From positions 24,305,806 through 24,339,054 of the forward strand of contig NC_068990.1 of the NCBI RefSeq assembly GCF_001194135.2: a stretch of DNA of 33,249 bases, in the 5' to 3' direction. Under the pieces are notes generated by a model, which was not told the DNA's origin, searched no databases, and was given only the letters and a program-made list of their open reading frames with translations. The stretch comes from Octopus bimaculoides (Eukaryota). Of the stretch, positions 9,706 through 21,954 are shown piece after piece; position 1 is the first letter of the stretch, and the number at the start of each line of letters is the position of its first letter. The translations under genes and the position numbers were made by a program.

Positions 9706-10675
9706 TATATATATATATATATATATATATNNNNNNNNNNNNNNNNNNNNNNNNNNNNNNNNNNNNNNNNNNNNNNNNNNNNNNNNNNNNNNNNNNNNNN
9801 NNNNNNNNNNNNNNNNNNNNNNNNNNNNNNNNNNNNNNNNNNNNNNNNNNNNNNNNNNNNNNNNNNNNNNNNNNNNNNNNNNNNNNNNNNNNNNNNNNNN
9901 NNNNNNNNNNNNNNNNNNNNNNNNNNNNNNNNNNNNNNNNNNNNNNNNNNNNNNNNNNNNNNNNNNNNNNNNNNNNNNNNNNNNNNNNNNNNNNNNNNNN
10001 NNNNNNNNNNNNNNNNNNNNNNNNNNNNNNNNNNNNNNNNNNNNNNNNNNNNNNNNNNNNNNNNNNNNNNNNNNNNNNNNNNNNNNNNNNNNNNNNNNNN
10101 NNNNNNNNNNNNNNNNNNNNNNNNNNNNNNNNNNNNNNNNNNNNNNNNNNNNNNNNNNNNNNNNNNNNNNNNNNNNNNNNNNNNNNNNNNNNNNNNNNNN
10201 NNNNNNNNNNNNNNNNNNNNNNNNNNNNNNNNNNNNNNNNNNNNNNNNNNNNNNNNNNNNNNNNNNNNNNNNNNNNNNNNNNNNNNNNNNNNNNNNNNNN
10301 NNNNNNNNNNNNNNNNNNNNNNNNNNNNNNNNNNNNNNNNNNNNNNNNNNNNNNNNNNNNNNNNNNNNNNNNNNNNNNNNNNNNNNNNNNNNNNNNNNNN
10401 NNNNNNNNNNNNNNNNNNNNNNNNNNNNNNNNNNNNNNNNNNNNNNNNNNNNNNNNNNNNNNNNNNNNNNNNNNNNNNNNNNNNNNNNNNNNNNNNNNNN
10501 NNNNNNNNNNNNNNNNNNNNNNNNNNNNNATATATATATATATATATATATAACGTGCATGCGTGTATGTATACCATATATTTCTGTATGTATGCTTACA
10601 CATACACATACAGATATATATTGACAGAATGCCAGATGAATACATAAGTATATATAGCTATATACCTATATACAC

Positions 10676-10706
<31 letters not shown>

Positions 10707-11065
10707 TGTATACAAATGCATATATCATATTGGAGGGAAAGAGAGGAGTATACAATCTGATTGAGATGCATAGATATATAATTGTAGATAGGTATATACA
10801 TAGACACACAGGTGCTTACACTTTGCTAAAGATAGCAGCCTAATTACGATAAAGTTTAACACAGTTAGCTTCAAATTAAGGATCAACAACACAAAATAAT
10901 GGGATTCTAGATACAAAATAATGATAACTGCAATTCGTTTGAATATCGCCTACTCTTTCAGGTAGTCCTGGTGCTAAACAACATCAACGACAACAATAAG
11001 AATAACATTTAAATTCAGATATACGTTATGTATCATATTACCTTCGAAGTCCCTCTCTATGCTGC

Positions 11066-11118
<53 letters not shown>

Positions 11119-11138
11119 GCTATCTATCTATCTGTCTC

Positions 11139-11178
<40 letters not shown>

Positions 11179-11399
11179 TCAACATGTCTATCTATCTCGT
11201 AACCTATCTACCTGTTTATCTATCTATCTGTCTCTACGCCCTCGTACACAAACACACGCACACACACATACACACACACACAAACTTTCACATACACATA
11301 TATATGGATATTCCAACCTGTTGCTATTGATTTTCGTCTGTGTGCAGACTCCTTCCATCTTCCCATCCGTTCATCATCTCTATTATTTTATTTTCTAGT

Positions 11400-11452
<53 letters not shown>

Positions 11453-11519
11453 AACATCGCCGCAATGTTAGCGTTGCTTGCATGGTCGCCTTCATCTATT
11501 CTATCTATCTTTACTTTCG

Positions 11520-11826
11520 CCGACGTCTCCACCACCAAAACCAACATCACCATCATCACCATAATCATCAACATCCTCACCATCGTCATTACTGTCATCC
11601 TCACCATCATCATCATTATCGTCATAATCATTATCATCGAAATTATTACCATCATCAAAAACAAAACCGAAATATTCACAGTAAACAAAGGAATAAGAAT
11701 AATTTATTTTTCAAATGCCGCAAGGGCACAACAGCAACAACTACAACAATAATAAATAATAATAATAACAATAATAATTATAATAATAATAATAATAAAA
11801 ATAATAATAATAATGATGATGATTTC

Positions 11827-11882
<56 letters not shown>

Positions 11883-11903
11883 TAACCACAACAATAATAA
11901 TAA
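11520..11903. repeat. (CAT)n-like and (AAT)n arrays
   Basis: Directly visible. Confidence 0.9.
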
Positions 11904-12107
11904 TTTTTGGCAGAAGGCCAGCAATTTCGGGAGAGCGGTTAAGTCCGTAACATCGACACCAATGCTTAACTGATATTTATTTTATCGACCCCTGGAAGGT
12001 GAAGGGTAAAGTCAACACTGGCGGAATATGAACTCAGAACGCAAAGACGGACGAAATGACGCTAGGCATCTCGTCCGGCGTGTTAACGGTTCTGTCATTT
12101 AGCCGGC
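11904..12107 (-). mobile_element. SINE family 1 copy D
   Basis: Reverse-complement homology to copy A from head to tail; 3' end abuts the (AAT)n array at about 11750-11903. Confidence 0.8.
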
Positions 12108-13268
12108 TTAATGAATGACGACGACGATGATGATGATGATGATGCTTTTGCTGATAATAATAATAACAATATTAATAATAATAATAATAATAAAGATAAT
12201 GATGATAATAATAATGATGATGATGATGATGATGATGATGATAATTGTAATAGTAATTATATTATGACACTACGTATACTAAAAATCATACAAAACAATA
12301 ACAACAAAAGTAACAACATCGATGACGACGACGACGTATGAATGTAACAATGACAACAACAACAAGAATACTAAGCGACAAACGAATATGGAATTGCGCA
12401 TTGAAAATATCAGGGGAAAATGAGAAGAAAAAAAAAGGTATTTGTTGGAAGGAAATGGTATTTGTAAGAGGAAATGGTAGGAATATGACCAATTCCATTC
12501 ATAATATACACCCATCCAACCCCCCNNNNNNNNNNNNNNNNNNNNNNNNNNNNNNNNNNNNNNNNNNNNNNNNNNNNNNNNNNNNNNNNNNNNNNNNNNN
12601 NNNNNNNNNNNNNNNNNNNNNNNNNNNNNNNNNNNNNNNNNNNNNNNNNNNNNNNNNNNNNNNNNNNNNNNNNNNNNNNNNNNNNNNNNNNNNNNNNNNN
12701 NNNNNNNNNNNNNNNNNNNNNNNNNNNNNNNNNNNNNNNNNNNNNNNNNNNNNNNNNNNNNNNNNNNNNNNNNNNNNNNNNNNNNNNNNNNNNNNNNNNN
12801 NNNNNNNNNNNNNNNNNNNNNNNNNNNNNNNNNNNNNNNNNNNNNNNNNNNNNNNNNNNNNNNNNNNNNNNNNNNNNNNNNNNNNNNNNNNNNNNNNNNN
12901 NNNNNNNNNNNNNNNNNNNNNNNNNNNNNNNNNNNNNNNNNNNNNNNNNNNNNNNNNNNNNNNNNNNNNNNNNNNNNNNNNNNNNNNNNNNNNNNNNNNN
13001 NNNNNNNNNNNNNNNNNNNNNNNNNNNNNNNNNNNNNNNNNNNNNNNNNNNNNNNNNNNNNNNNNNNNNNNNNNNNNNNNNNNNNNNNNNNNNNNNNNNN
13101 NNNNNNNNNNNNNNNNNNNNNNNNNNNNNNNNNNNNNNNNNNNNNNNNNNNNNNNNNNNNNNNNNNNNNNNNNNNNNNNNNNNNNNNNNNNNNNNNNNNN
13201 NNNNNNNNNNNNNNNNNNNNNNNNNNNNNNNNNNNNNNNNNNNNNNNNNNNNNNNNNNNNNNNNNNNN

Positions 13269-13332
<64 letters not shown>

Positions 13333-14029
13333 TCACACACATTTAATATATTATATTATATCTTATATTATATTTAATTTCATATATTATATTATATTTA
13401 TTATATATTACATTATACTATATTCTACTATATAATATCATATTGTACTGCATTGAATGCGGGGAAGATATGAATGTCTGAATGAAAGAATGAATGACAA
13501 ATTGAGAACAAGAACAAGAAACAGAGTAGAGAGAAAGAATGTGCAAATGGATGAATAAAAGAATGAATGAAATTATAACAGAATGAACGAATAATAAGTG
13601 TAAATACGTTAGGACTATAATCGAGAGTATTAAAATGATTTCGTTATATCGATAAGCTATAAAACAAAATAACTCTTAATATTTTATTTTACTATATGAG
13701 TCTACATAGGAGCCGGTACGAGTTATGCGGTGTGCTAGAAATAGTAGGTTATTTCCATTTCTGAACACAACTAACTATGGAAATGTAGTAAATAATGAAT
13801 AACTCAAATTAAAAAAGGTAGTCTTTGATATTAGTGTAAAGGATAGTTACGCAGGAAATGCTCGGATTTTAAGGTCTGTCTCGTGCAATCAGATATAACC
13901 TGGGTTTCATCAACAACAATATCAATAACAAATGCAACAACATTAATACACACACACATACATATATACATATTCCCATTTGGGGACGGTAATACTCGAC
14001 GCATATGGAGCTATAGATGATAATGCGTG

Positions 14030-14080
<51 letters not shown>

Positions 14081-14188
14081 NNNNNNNNNNNNNNNNNNNN
14101 NNNNNNNNNNNNNNNNNNNNNNNNNNNNNNNNNNNNNNNNNNNNNNNNNNNNNNNNNNTGTGTGTGTGTGTGTGTGTGTGTGTCTGTC

Positions 14189-14219
<31 letters not shown>

Positions 14220-14557
14220 ATGTATGTATGTATGTATAGATAGTTAGATAGATAGATAGATAGATAGATGTACATACATACTTTTAATAGTAATTCCATT
14301 AGATATATGTATATTTGAAAGGGATAGCAATTAAAAAAAAGTCACGAAGTTTACAGTCGATATAATCTTAAAAAATTGATTTAAAAAAATTACATCAAAC
14401 ATAATTTGCTTTTTAAAATATTTAGTCAAACAACGTTACTTTAACTGAAAAAAAAAAATAATAAAAAAACAGAGACCGTTTAGAACAAATTTTTACGTAT
14501 TTGAATATAATATGAATGAAAGACGGTGAATGTTTTATAGACAATCTTTTTACACGA

Positions 14558-14558
14558 A

Positions 14559-14645
<87 letters not shown>

Positions 14646-14646
14646 C

Positions 14647-14693
<47 letters not shown>
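14558..14693. repeat. Near-perfect (AAT)n, about 45 units
   Basis: Directly visible. Confidence 0.95.
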
Positions 14694-14797
14694 TTTGGTT
14701 TAAATTTTGCCTCAAGGGCATGCATTTTGGGAGAGGGGATGTGTCGATTATATCGACCCCAGTGTTCAACTGGTACTTAATTTATGGACCACGAAAT
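14694..14797 (-). mobile_element. SINE family 1 copy E (3' half)
   Basis: GTCGATTATATCGACCCCAGTGTTCAACTGGTACTT core and A-type tail; abuts (AAT)n at 14558-14693. Confidence 0.8.
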
Positions 14798-15924
14798 GAT
14801 AATGATAATGAAACATTGTTGTTCTTTATGTTATTGTTGAGAAGACCTATCATTAAAGGAATTTTCTTTACATTTATTTTGTTTATTGTCTCATTCTTAC
14901 TATTTTTTTGTTGTCCTTGTAAAATCTTCTTGAACACCCAGCACTACATTTTTTTCTGATGCGTCTTGCTTTTTCTTTTTTTTACATATATATTTTCTAT
15001 TTATATTTTATTTATTTCCTTTTAATGTCAGAAACTTGTGAGTTGAGGGAATATTTGGCTGCTATTTATTGCAGGTCGAATGGATTATGAACGAGTGAAG
15101 GTTTGTTTACTCTGTGGCTTGAGAAAGATATAGTGCTCTATACTGAANNNNNNNNNNNNNNNNNNNNNNNNNNNNNNNNNNNNNNNNNNNNNNNNNNNNN
15201 NNNNNNNNNNNNNNNNNNNNNNNNNNNNNNNNNNNNNNNNNNNNNNNNNNNNNNNNNNNNNNNNNNNNNNNNNNNNNNNNNNNNNNNNNNNNNNNNNNNN
15301 NNNNNNNNNNNNNNNNNNNNNNNNNNNNNNNNNNNNNNNNNNNNNNNNNNNNNNNNNNNNNNNNNNNNNNNNNNNNNNNNNNNNNNNNNNNNNNNNNNNN
15401 NNNNNNNNNNNNNNNNNNNNNNNNNNNNNNNNNNNNNNNNNNNNNNNNNNNNNNNNNNNNNNNNNNNNNNNNNNNNNNNNNNNNNNNNNNNNNNNNNNNN
15501 NNNNNNNNNNNNNNNNNNNNNNNNNNNNNNNNNNNNNNNNNNNNNNNNNNNNNNNNNNNNNNNNNNNNNNNNNNNNNNNNNNNNNNNNNNNNNNNNNNNN
15601 NNNNNNNNNNNNNNNNNNNNNNNNNNNNNNNNNNNNNNNNNNNNNNNNNNNNNNNNNNNNNNNNNNNNNNNNNNNNNNNNNNNNNNNNNNNNNNNNNNNN
15701 NNNNNNNNNNNNNNNNNNNNNNNNNNNNNNNNNNNNNNNNNNNNNNNNNNNNNNNNNNNNNNNNNNNNNNNNNNNNNNNNNNNNNNNNNNNNNNNNNNNN
15801 NNNNNNNNNNNNNNNNNNNNNNNNNNNNNNNNNNNNNTAATAAATAAAAAAAATATAAATAAATAATAATAGTAGCGATAAAAACAACAACAACAATAAG
15901 CATGGTGACGACGATGATAATCAT

Positions 15925-16030
15925 AAATTTGGGAGATGGTGGGGAAACCTTTTAATTAAGTCGATATTTGAGATTTTATATAGTGACCCTGAACGATTGA
16001 AAGGGTCATTCGACCCTTGCTGAACCTACA
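15925..16030 (-). mobile_element. Highly degenerate SINE family 1 remnant F
   Basis: Scattered matches (AAGTCGAT, GACCCTGAACGATTGAAAGG, CGACC..TGAAC) in the expected order. Confidence 0.4.
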
Positions 16031-16246
16031 AATCACTTTATGTCCCAAATGATGATTCTGACTATCATGATGATAATGATGATGGTCATGACAATGACGA
16101 CGGTGAGTATGTTTTTGCTCTTCGTACCAAGGTCGCGCGGGGTGCTGTTTTTACACCGAGCTAAAACCACTATGTACAACAACAACAACAACAACAACAA
16201 CAACACCATCATCATCAACAACAACACCAACAAATATAACAGCTGT

Positions 16247-16472
16247 TTCTAATTTAGGCACAGGGGCAGTAATTTTGAAGGGAAAAGGGTTAATCGAAGC
16301 CATCGATTTCAGTACTTGACCGGTAGTTTATCGGGTCCCCCAAAAATGGAAGCAATATTAACCGGCGTGATTTGAACCCAAAATTTAAAATAAAGAGCCG
16401 GTACAAATACCGCAAATGGTTTTTCTTCTTTTTTCTTCCCTTACTCTAATGATCTTCTCAACCCATCGAGCC
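16247..16472 (-). mobile_element. SINE family 1 copy G (diverged)
   Basis: AATTTAGGCACAGGGGCAGTAATTTTG tail, CATCGAT..CAGTACTTGACCGGTA core, GATTTGAACCC B box; preceded by (AAC)n. Confidence 0.65.
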
Positions 16473-16532
<60 letters not shown>

Positions 16533-16533
<1 letters not shown>

Positions 16534-16682
16534 TCTGCTACAAAACCTGAAATTTTGGGAGAGCTGATTACATCGACCCCAGTGTTCAAACTGGTACTTA
16601 TTTTATCGATCTCGAATGGATGAAAGGTAAAGTCTACACCGATAGGAGTTGAACTCAGAAAGTAAAGACGGACGAAAAGCCG
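16533..16682 (-). mobile_element. SINE family 1 copy H (head truncated)
   Basis: CATCGACCCCAGTGTTCAAACTGGTACTTATTTTATCGA core with a B-type tail; embedded between (AAT)n arrays on both sides. Confidence 0.8.
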
Positions 16683-16727
16683 GTAATAATAATAATAATA
16701 GTAGTAGTAATAATAATATTAATAATG

Positions 16728-16776
<49 letters not shown>

Positions 16777-16803
16777 NNNNNNNNNNGATCGAAATACAAT
16801 TCG

Positions 16804-16839
<36 letters not shown>

Positions 16840-16961
16840 TGTGTGTGTGTGTACGGTGTGTATGTCTATGTATGCGAAATGTGCATGTTTATTTAGTTAA
16901 CATAAAGAATAAGAAAAGTATATGCAAACTGAGAAATGTATATATGAGTATATACAACAGA

Positions 16962-17019
<58 letters not shown>

Positions 17020-17374
17020 TTTTATGTTTGAATATGATTATGGGTGAGTGTGTACATGTATGTATAAGCGTGTACGTATGTGTGCGTGTTGTATTCATGA
17101 TGTGGTTGTTTAACCCTAGGTTACCTACAATCGAAGACATTCCAATAGTGACCATCAACCCATTTTTGCTATGGTTATCAAGAAGTACATTAGTTTGTGT
17201 GTGGACACTTTATTTCAAACCGGTTTTGAATGTAATTGACAGAAAATGTAAATATGACAATTTTAACAGGTGCGTGTGTGCTTATGAGTATGTTTGTATG
17301 TGTATGCTTAGGTATGTGTATGTTTATGCCTTTGTATGTGTATGTTTATGCCTTTGTGTGTGTGTGTTTGTGTG

Positions 17375-17412
<38 letters not shown>

Positions 17413-18220
17413 NNNNNNNNNNNNNNNNNNNNNNNNNNNNNNNNNNNNNNNNNNNNNNNNNNNNNNNNNNNNNNNNNNNNNNNNNNNNNNNNNNNNNNNN
17501 NNNNNNNNNNNNNNNNNNNNNNNNNNNNNNNNNNNNNNNNNNNNNNNNNNNNNNNNNNNNNNNNNNNNNNNNNNNNNNNNNNNNNNNNNNNNNNNNNNNN
17601 NNNNNNNNNNNNNNNNNNNNNNNNNNNNNNNNNNNNNNNNNNNNNNNNNNNNNNNNNNNNNNNNNNNNNNNNNNNNNNNNNNNNNNNNNNNNNNNNNNNN
17701 NNNNNNNNNNNNNNNNNNNNNNNNNNNNNNNNNNNNNNNNNNNNNNNNNNNNNNNNNNNNNNNNNNNNNNNNNNNNNNNNNNNNNNNNNNNNNNNNNNNN
17801 NNNNNNNNNNNNNNNNNNNNNNNNNNNNNNNNNNNNNNNNNNGTATGTTTGTATGTGTATGCTTAGGTATGTGTATGTTTATGCCTTTGTGTGTGTGTGT
17901 TTAAATATATATACATATATGTGTGTGTACGTGTATATATACAGATATGTACACATACATATATATACATACATATGTGTGTATATTTTTGTGTATACAT
18001 ATATATACACACTGCTTACATGTTATTCCGTGTAATGTCTAGTTAAATCTTATATGTCGCATTGGTCACACCGAACATGCGTGTATCTATGCAGGAAAAA
18101 AACGACTTACGTTATGAATATGTATTTCTACGCAACTTTCTACGTAAGAGTTCATGTTTTATTGAAGAACTGACCTGATAAATTTGCAATATTTAAATCA
18201 ATGAGGTCACGGGTACATTT

Positions 18221-18285
18221 CAGCCAATCAGAAAGCAGAACGGATAGTATATAAGTCAATGTTAACTGTTGAGCAGACATCATTC
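18221..18285 (+). promoter_or_regulatory. Core promoter of the neurofilament gene: CCAAT box, TATA box, Inr
   Basis: AGCCAATCAG (NF-Y consensus, CCAAT at 18224-18228), TATATAAG at 18248-18255, and TCATTC (TCAKTY-type Inr) at 18280-18285, about 30 bp after the TATA box and about 95 bp before the ATG. A second reverse CCAAT (ATTGG) is at 18061. Confidence 0.7.
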
Positions 18286-18375
18286 GGTAAACTACCGGAT
18301 CGTAATAGCGTCGTTATCAAACAGCTAGGATTTTTCTTTGGATATATTTAACTCGTTTTAATAATCTGTCCAAAA

Positions 18376-18905
18376 ATGACTACTGTAACGCAGAAAAAGA
18401 CGGAGATTACCACCTCTAGTACAAGCTATGAAGATGGTAAATCACTTCCTAGGAGCGGATATATCTACACGAGTCGAATTGTCCCTCGAGGTACTGTCAC
18501 TACTCGCGCTTCGAGGTCCAGCGGTAATATTAACAGCGGGGTATATCATACTTATGATTTAAGTGCATCAATTCCCGTATCTGGAGCTTTCAATCTTACC
18601 TCGACCAGTGTCCATAACGTTAAAGCAAACAGGGAGAGAGAGAAGCAAGACCTGCGGGACTTGAATGAAAGGTTTGCTAACTACATTGAAAAAGTCCGAT
18701 TTTTGGAGGCGCAGAACAAGAAATTAGCCGGTGAGCTGGAAGAACTTAAATCAAAATGGGGTAAGGAAACATCTGCAATTAAGGAGATGTACGAAACCGA
18801 ATTAGAAGAGGCTCGGAAGCTGATTGATGCGACCAACAAAGAAAAAGTTACCTTGGACGTTCGAGTTACCGAACTGATCGATCAACTTGAGAGACAACAA
18901 AAAGA
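18376..18905 (+). CDS. NF60: Neurofilament (lamin-like cytoplasmic intermediate filament) gene, coding exon 1: Ser/Thr-rich head, coil 1A, L1 and start of coil 1B
   Basis: The ORF contains the IF coil-1A signature REKQDLRDLNERFANYIEKVRFLEAQNKKL. The N-terminus (MTTVTQKKTEI) and rod (KWGKETSAIKEMYETELEEARKLIDATNKEK..LDVRVTELIDQLERQQK) match my recollection of squid NF60/NF70. Start context is CCAAAAATGA. The exon ends at a canonical donor AAAGA|GTAAGT (phase 2); the TAA at 18907-18909 lies in the intron. Confidence 0.93.
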
Positions 18906-19286
18906 GTAAGTTCTTAAACTTTCATTTGTCATTCTCGCTTCATATACATTCGATACTGAACTCCTTTCAATCAGTCCTAAACGGCTCTTTACTCGCTCGT
19001 CATTGCCTCTTTAATCTTTAATAGATTAATAGGTCCATAGGAATTTCACTTTTTCTAATTGCTGTTTAAGTATTTAAATAATCTGCGTTTTTTTAATTTT
19101 TACTTACCTGTATTTCCTCTTCAACACTAGTCTTCAGACAATAGTTAAAATTTCCCCTACATAAATCTATATCGATGTGTGTGCGTGTGTGGGTGTGTGT
19201 GTGTGTGTCTGTGTGCGTATGTGTGTGTAGTAGTCGTAGTAGTAGTTTACTTAAATACGGTTACATATATACATACGCTCACACAG

Positions 19287-19320
<34 letters not shown>

Positions 19321-19345
19321 GGATATATAAAATATGTCTTAAGTT

Positions 19346-19446
<101 letters not shown>

Positions 19447-20033
19447 TATACCCATATACCTAAATGACAGTGTGCGTATGTGTGTGTGCGCAGCCGGTGA
19501 GTTTGTGGTGCGCAAATAACCGGCGAGTTCGAGTGTGTGTGTGTGTGTGTTTACACAAGACAACTGAAATAGGGCAGACAGGTATCAAAGCAACAGGTAG
19601 TTTGGGGCAGTTTTCGAGTGCACACACGCAAACATACATACAGACAGGTATTTTTATTTCTTTAACAGCTTTAAATATTTAGTTTTTGTTTGGAATTTTT
19701 TTTACCTTTCTTTGAAGTCAGTTTTTCAAGGAACGCTTAAGTTTTTTTAGGATTGAATAATAAACAAATTTCAGAAAATGTACAACCCTTGGGGAGAATG
19801 TGGGGGTAATTGAGCGAAAGTACAGGGAAAGGGAGAGTAAGATCACAGAGAGAAGAATGCGTATATCTCCTAAAAAAATACGTTGAAACGTTGTCAGTCT
19901 TAATATTTCCTTTTTAATATTTTGTTAAAGTTATTAAAACTTAGCTACTTAGATAAAACGCAATTTATCTGTTTCATCTAGCTGACCGTCGCTTTCTATC
20001 ACTATATACCTTCCTTTTTCTCACTCGATGCCA

Positions 20034-20115
<82 letters not shown>

Positions 20116-21954
20116 GCTATCTATCTGTGTGTGTGTATTGAGTATGTGCTTATATGTNNNNNNNNNNNNNNNNNNNNNNNNNNNNNNNNNNNNNNNNNNN
20201 NNNNNNNNNNNNNNNNNNNNNNNNNNNNNNNNNNNNNNNNNNNNNNNNNNNNNNNNNNNNNNNNNNNNNNNNNNNNNNNNNNNNNNNNNNNNNNNNNNNN
20301 NNNNNNNNNNNNNNNNNNNNNNNNNNNNNNNNNNNNNNNNNNNNNNNNNNNNNNNNNNNNNNNNNNNNNNNNNNNNNNNNNNNNNNNNNNNNNNNNNNNN
20401 NNNNNNNNNNNNNNNNNNNNNNNNNNNNNNNNNNNNNNNNNNNNNNNNNNNNNNNNNNNNNNNNNNNNNNNNNNNNNATATATATATATATATATATATA
20501 AAAACAAAAGTAATGAGTATATGCATATATACGTACAGGTATGTGCATACCGACATCCACCTGTATGTATAGGTGCATATCTGGGTACAGGACATTGCAA
20601 ACAAACGTAGACGAGAACACACGAGCCACATAGAGAACATTCTACTTCATCAGCTACCCACGTTTTAACACCGGCGTTTCGACGAGCTTCGGGCAGGACG
20701 CAACGTTAAAACGGCTCGTCCCATGGATCGCAGATTAAATCTGTATACGCAAATTAAATCTAGCCATGGAGGAATGTAGTGGCGGACAAAAAACAAGACA
20801 GGAAAACAAACAGAAAAGGCTTTACGGCCAGACGAGAAAAATAGGAACAATTTAATTAGTGAGTCGTCTGTTTGGAGCTTTTTGAAAGCATTCTGGCTAT
20901 TTCAAAACTCAACACACACACACATACACACACGTGCATACACATACAAATATCTATATTTCATTTCGACCAATCATTTTCTAACGACTACGGGCTTGTA
21001 CTTATTAATACTTGTCTGCTTTATCCATATACATACTCTGTCATTCATTGTTCCTACACTGCGGCAATCATTGACAGACGATAGACAGAAGAAACTAGGT
21101 GTCTCTCCTCCCTCTCCGTTTCTTCTTTTCTCTTCTTCCTTTCTCTCACACTAGCTCACACTTGCTTTATTTTCCCCTCTGTCTGCTACGAACGATTTAC
21201 ATAAGTTTGGTATGTAAGTTAAATATACAGATTAAACCTTAGCCTGACACAGGTTGGGTACAACCGGCTCAAATTATTCACCACACAAGAAAAATAAAAT
21301 AATACTAAAATAACCAGCTATCTTGCTTACTTCACAGTGTGGGTGTGTGTGTGTGTGTGTGTGTGTATTTGTCTTTTAATGAATGACCAGTCAACCAGTT
21401 TAGAAGGAGTGTTACCTCTGCTCTCCCCTCAAATCTCATATATATATATATATATNNNNNNNNNNNNNNNNNNNNNNNNNNNNNNNNNNNNNNNNNNNNN
21501 NNNNNNNNNNNNNNNNNNNNNNNNNNNNNNNNNNNNNNNNNNNNNNNNNNNNNNNNNNNNNNNNNNNNNNNNNNNNNNNNNNNNNNNNNNNNNNNNNNNN
21601 NNNNNNNNNNNNNNNNNNNNNNNNNNNNNNNNNNNNNNNNNNNNNNNNNNNNNNNNNNNNNNNNNNNNNNNNNNNNNNNNNNNNNNNNNNNNNNNNNNNN
21701 NNNNNNNNNNNNNNNNNNNNNNNNNNNNNNNNNNNNNNNNNNNNNNNNNNNNNNNNNNNNNNNNNNNNNNNNNNNNNNNNNNNNNNNNNNNNNNNNNNNN
21801 NNNNNNNNNNNNNNNNNNNNNNNNNNNNNNNNNNNNNNNNNNNNNNNNNNNNNNNNNNNNNNNNNNNNNNNNNNNNNNNNNNNNNNNNNNNNNNNNNNNN
21901 NNNNNNNNNNNNNNNNNNNNNNNNNNNNNNNNNNNNNNNNNNNNNNNNNNNNNN

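Noticed and set aside
17284-17900. Apparent duplication of about 60 bp on both sides of the 17413-17842 gap (likewise around the 10-N gap at 26412-26421)
   Set aside because: Near-identical sequence flanking a gap in microsatellite context is most simply an assembly or allelic overlap artefact.
18376-18909. Complete single-exon 177-aa gene
   Set aside because: The stop codon lies inside the GTAAGT donor, and the protein ends mid coil 1B at a conserved intron position; this is exon 1 of a larger gene.
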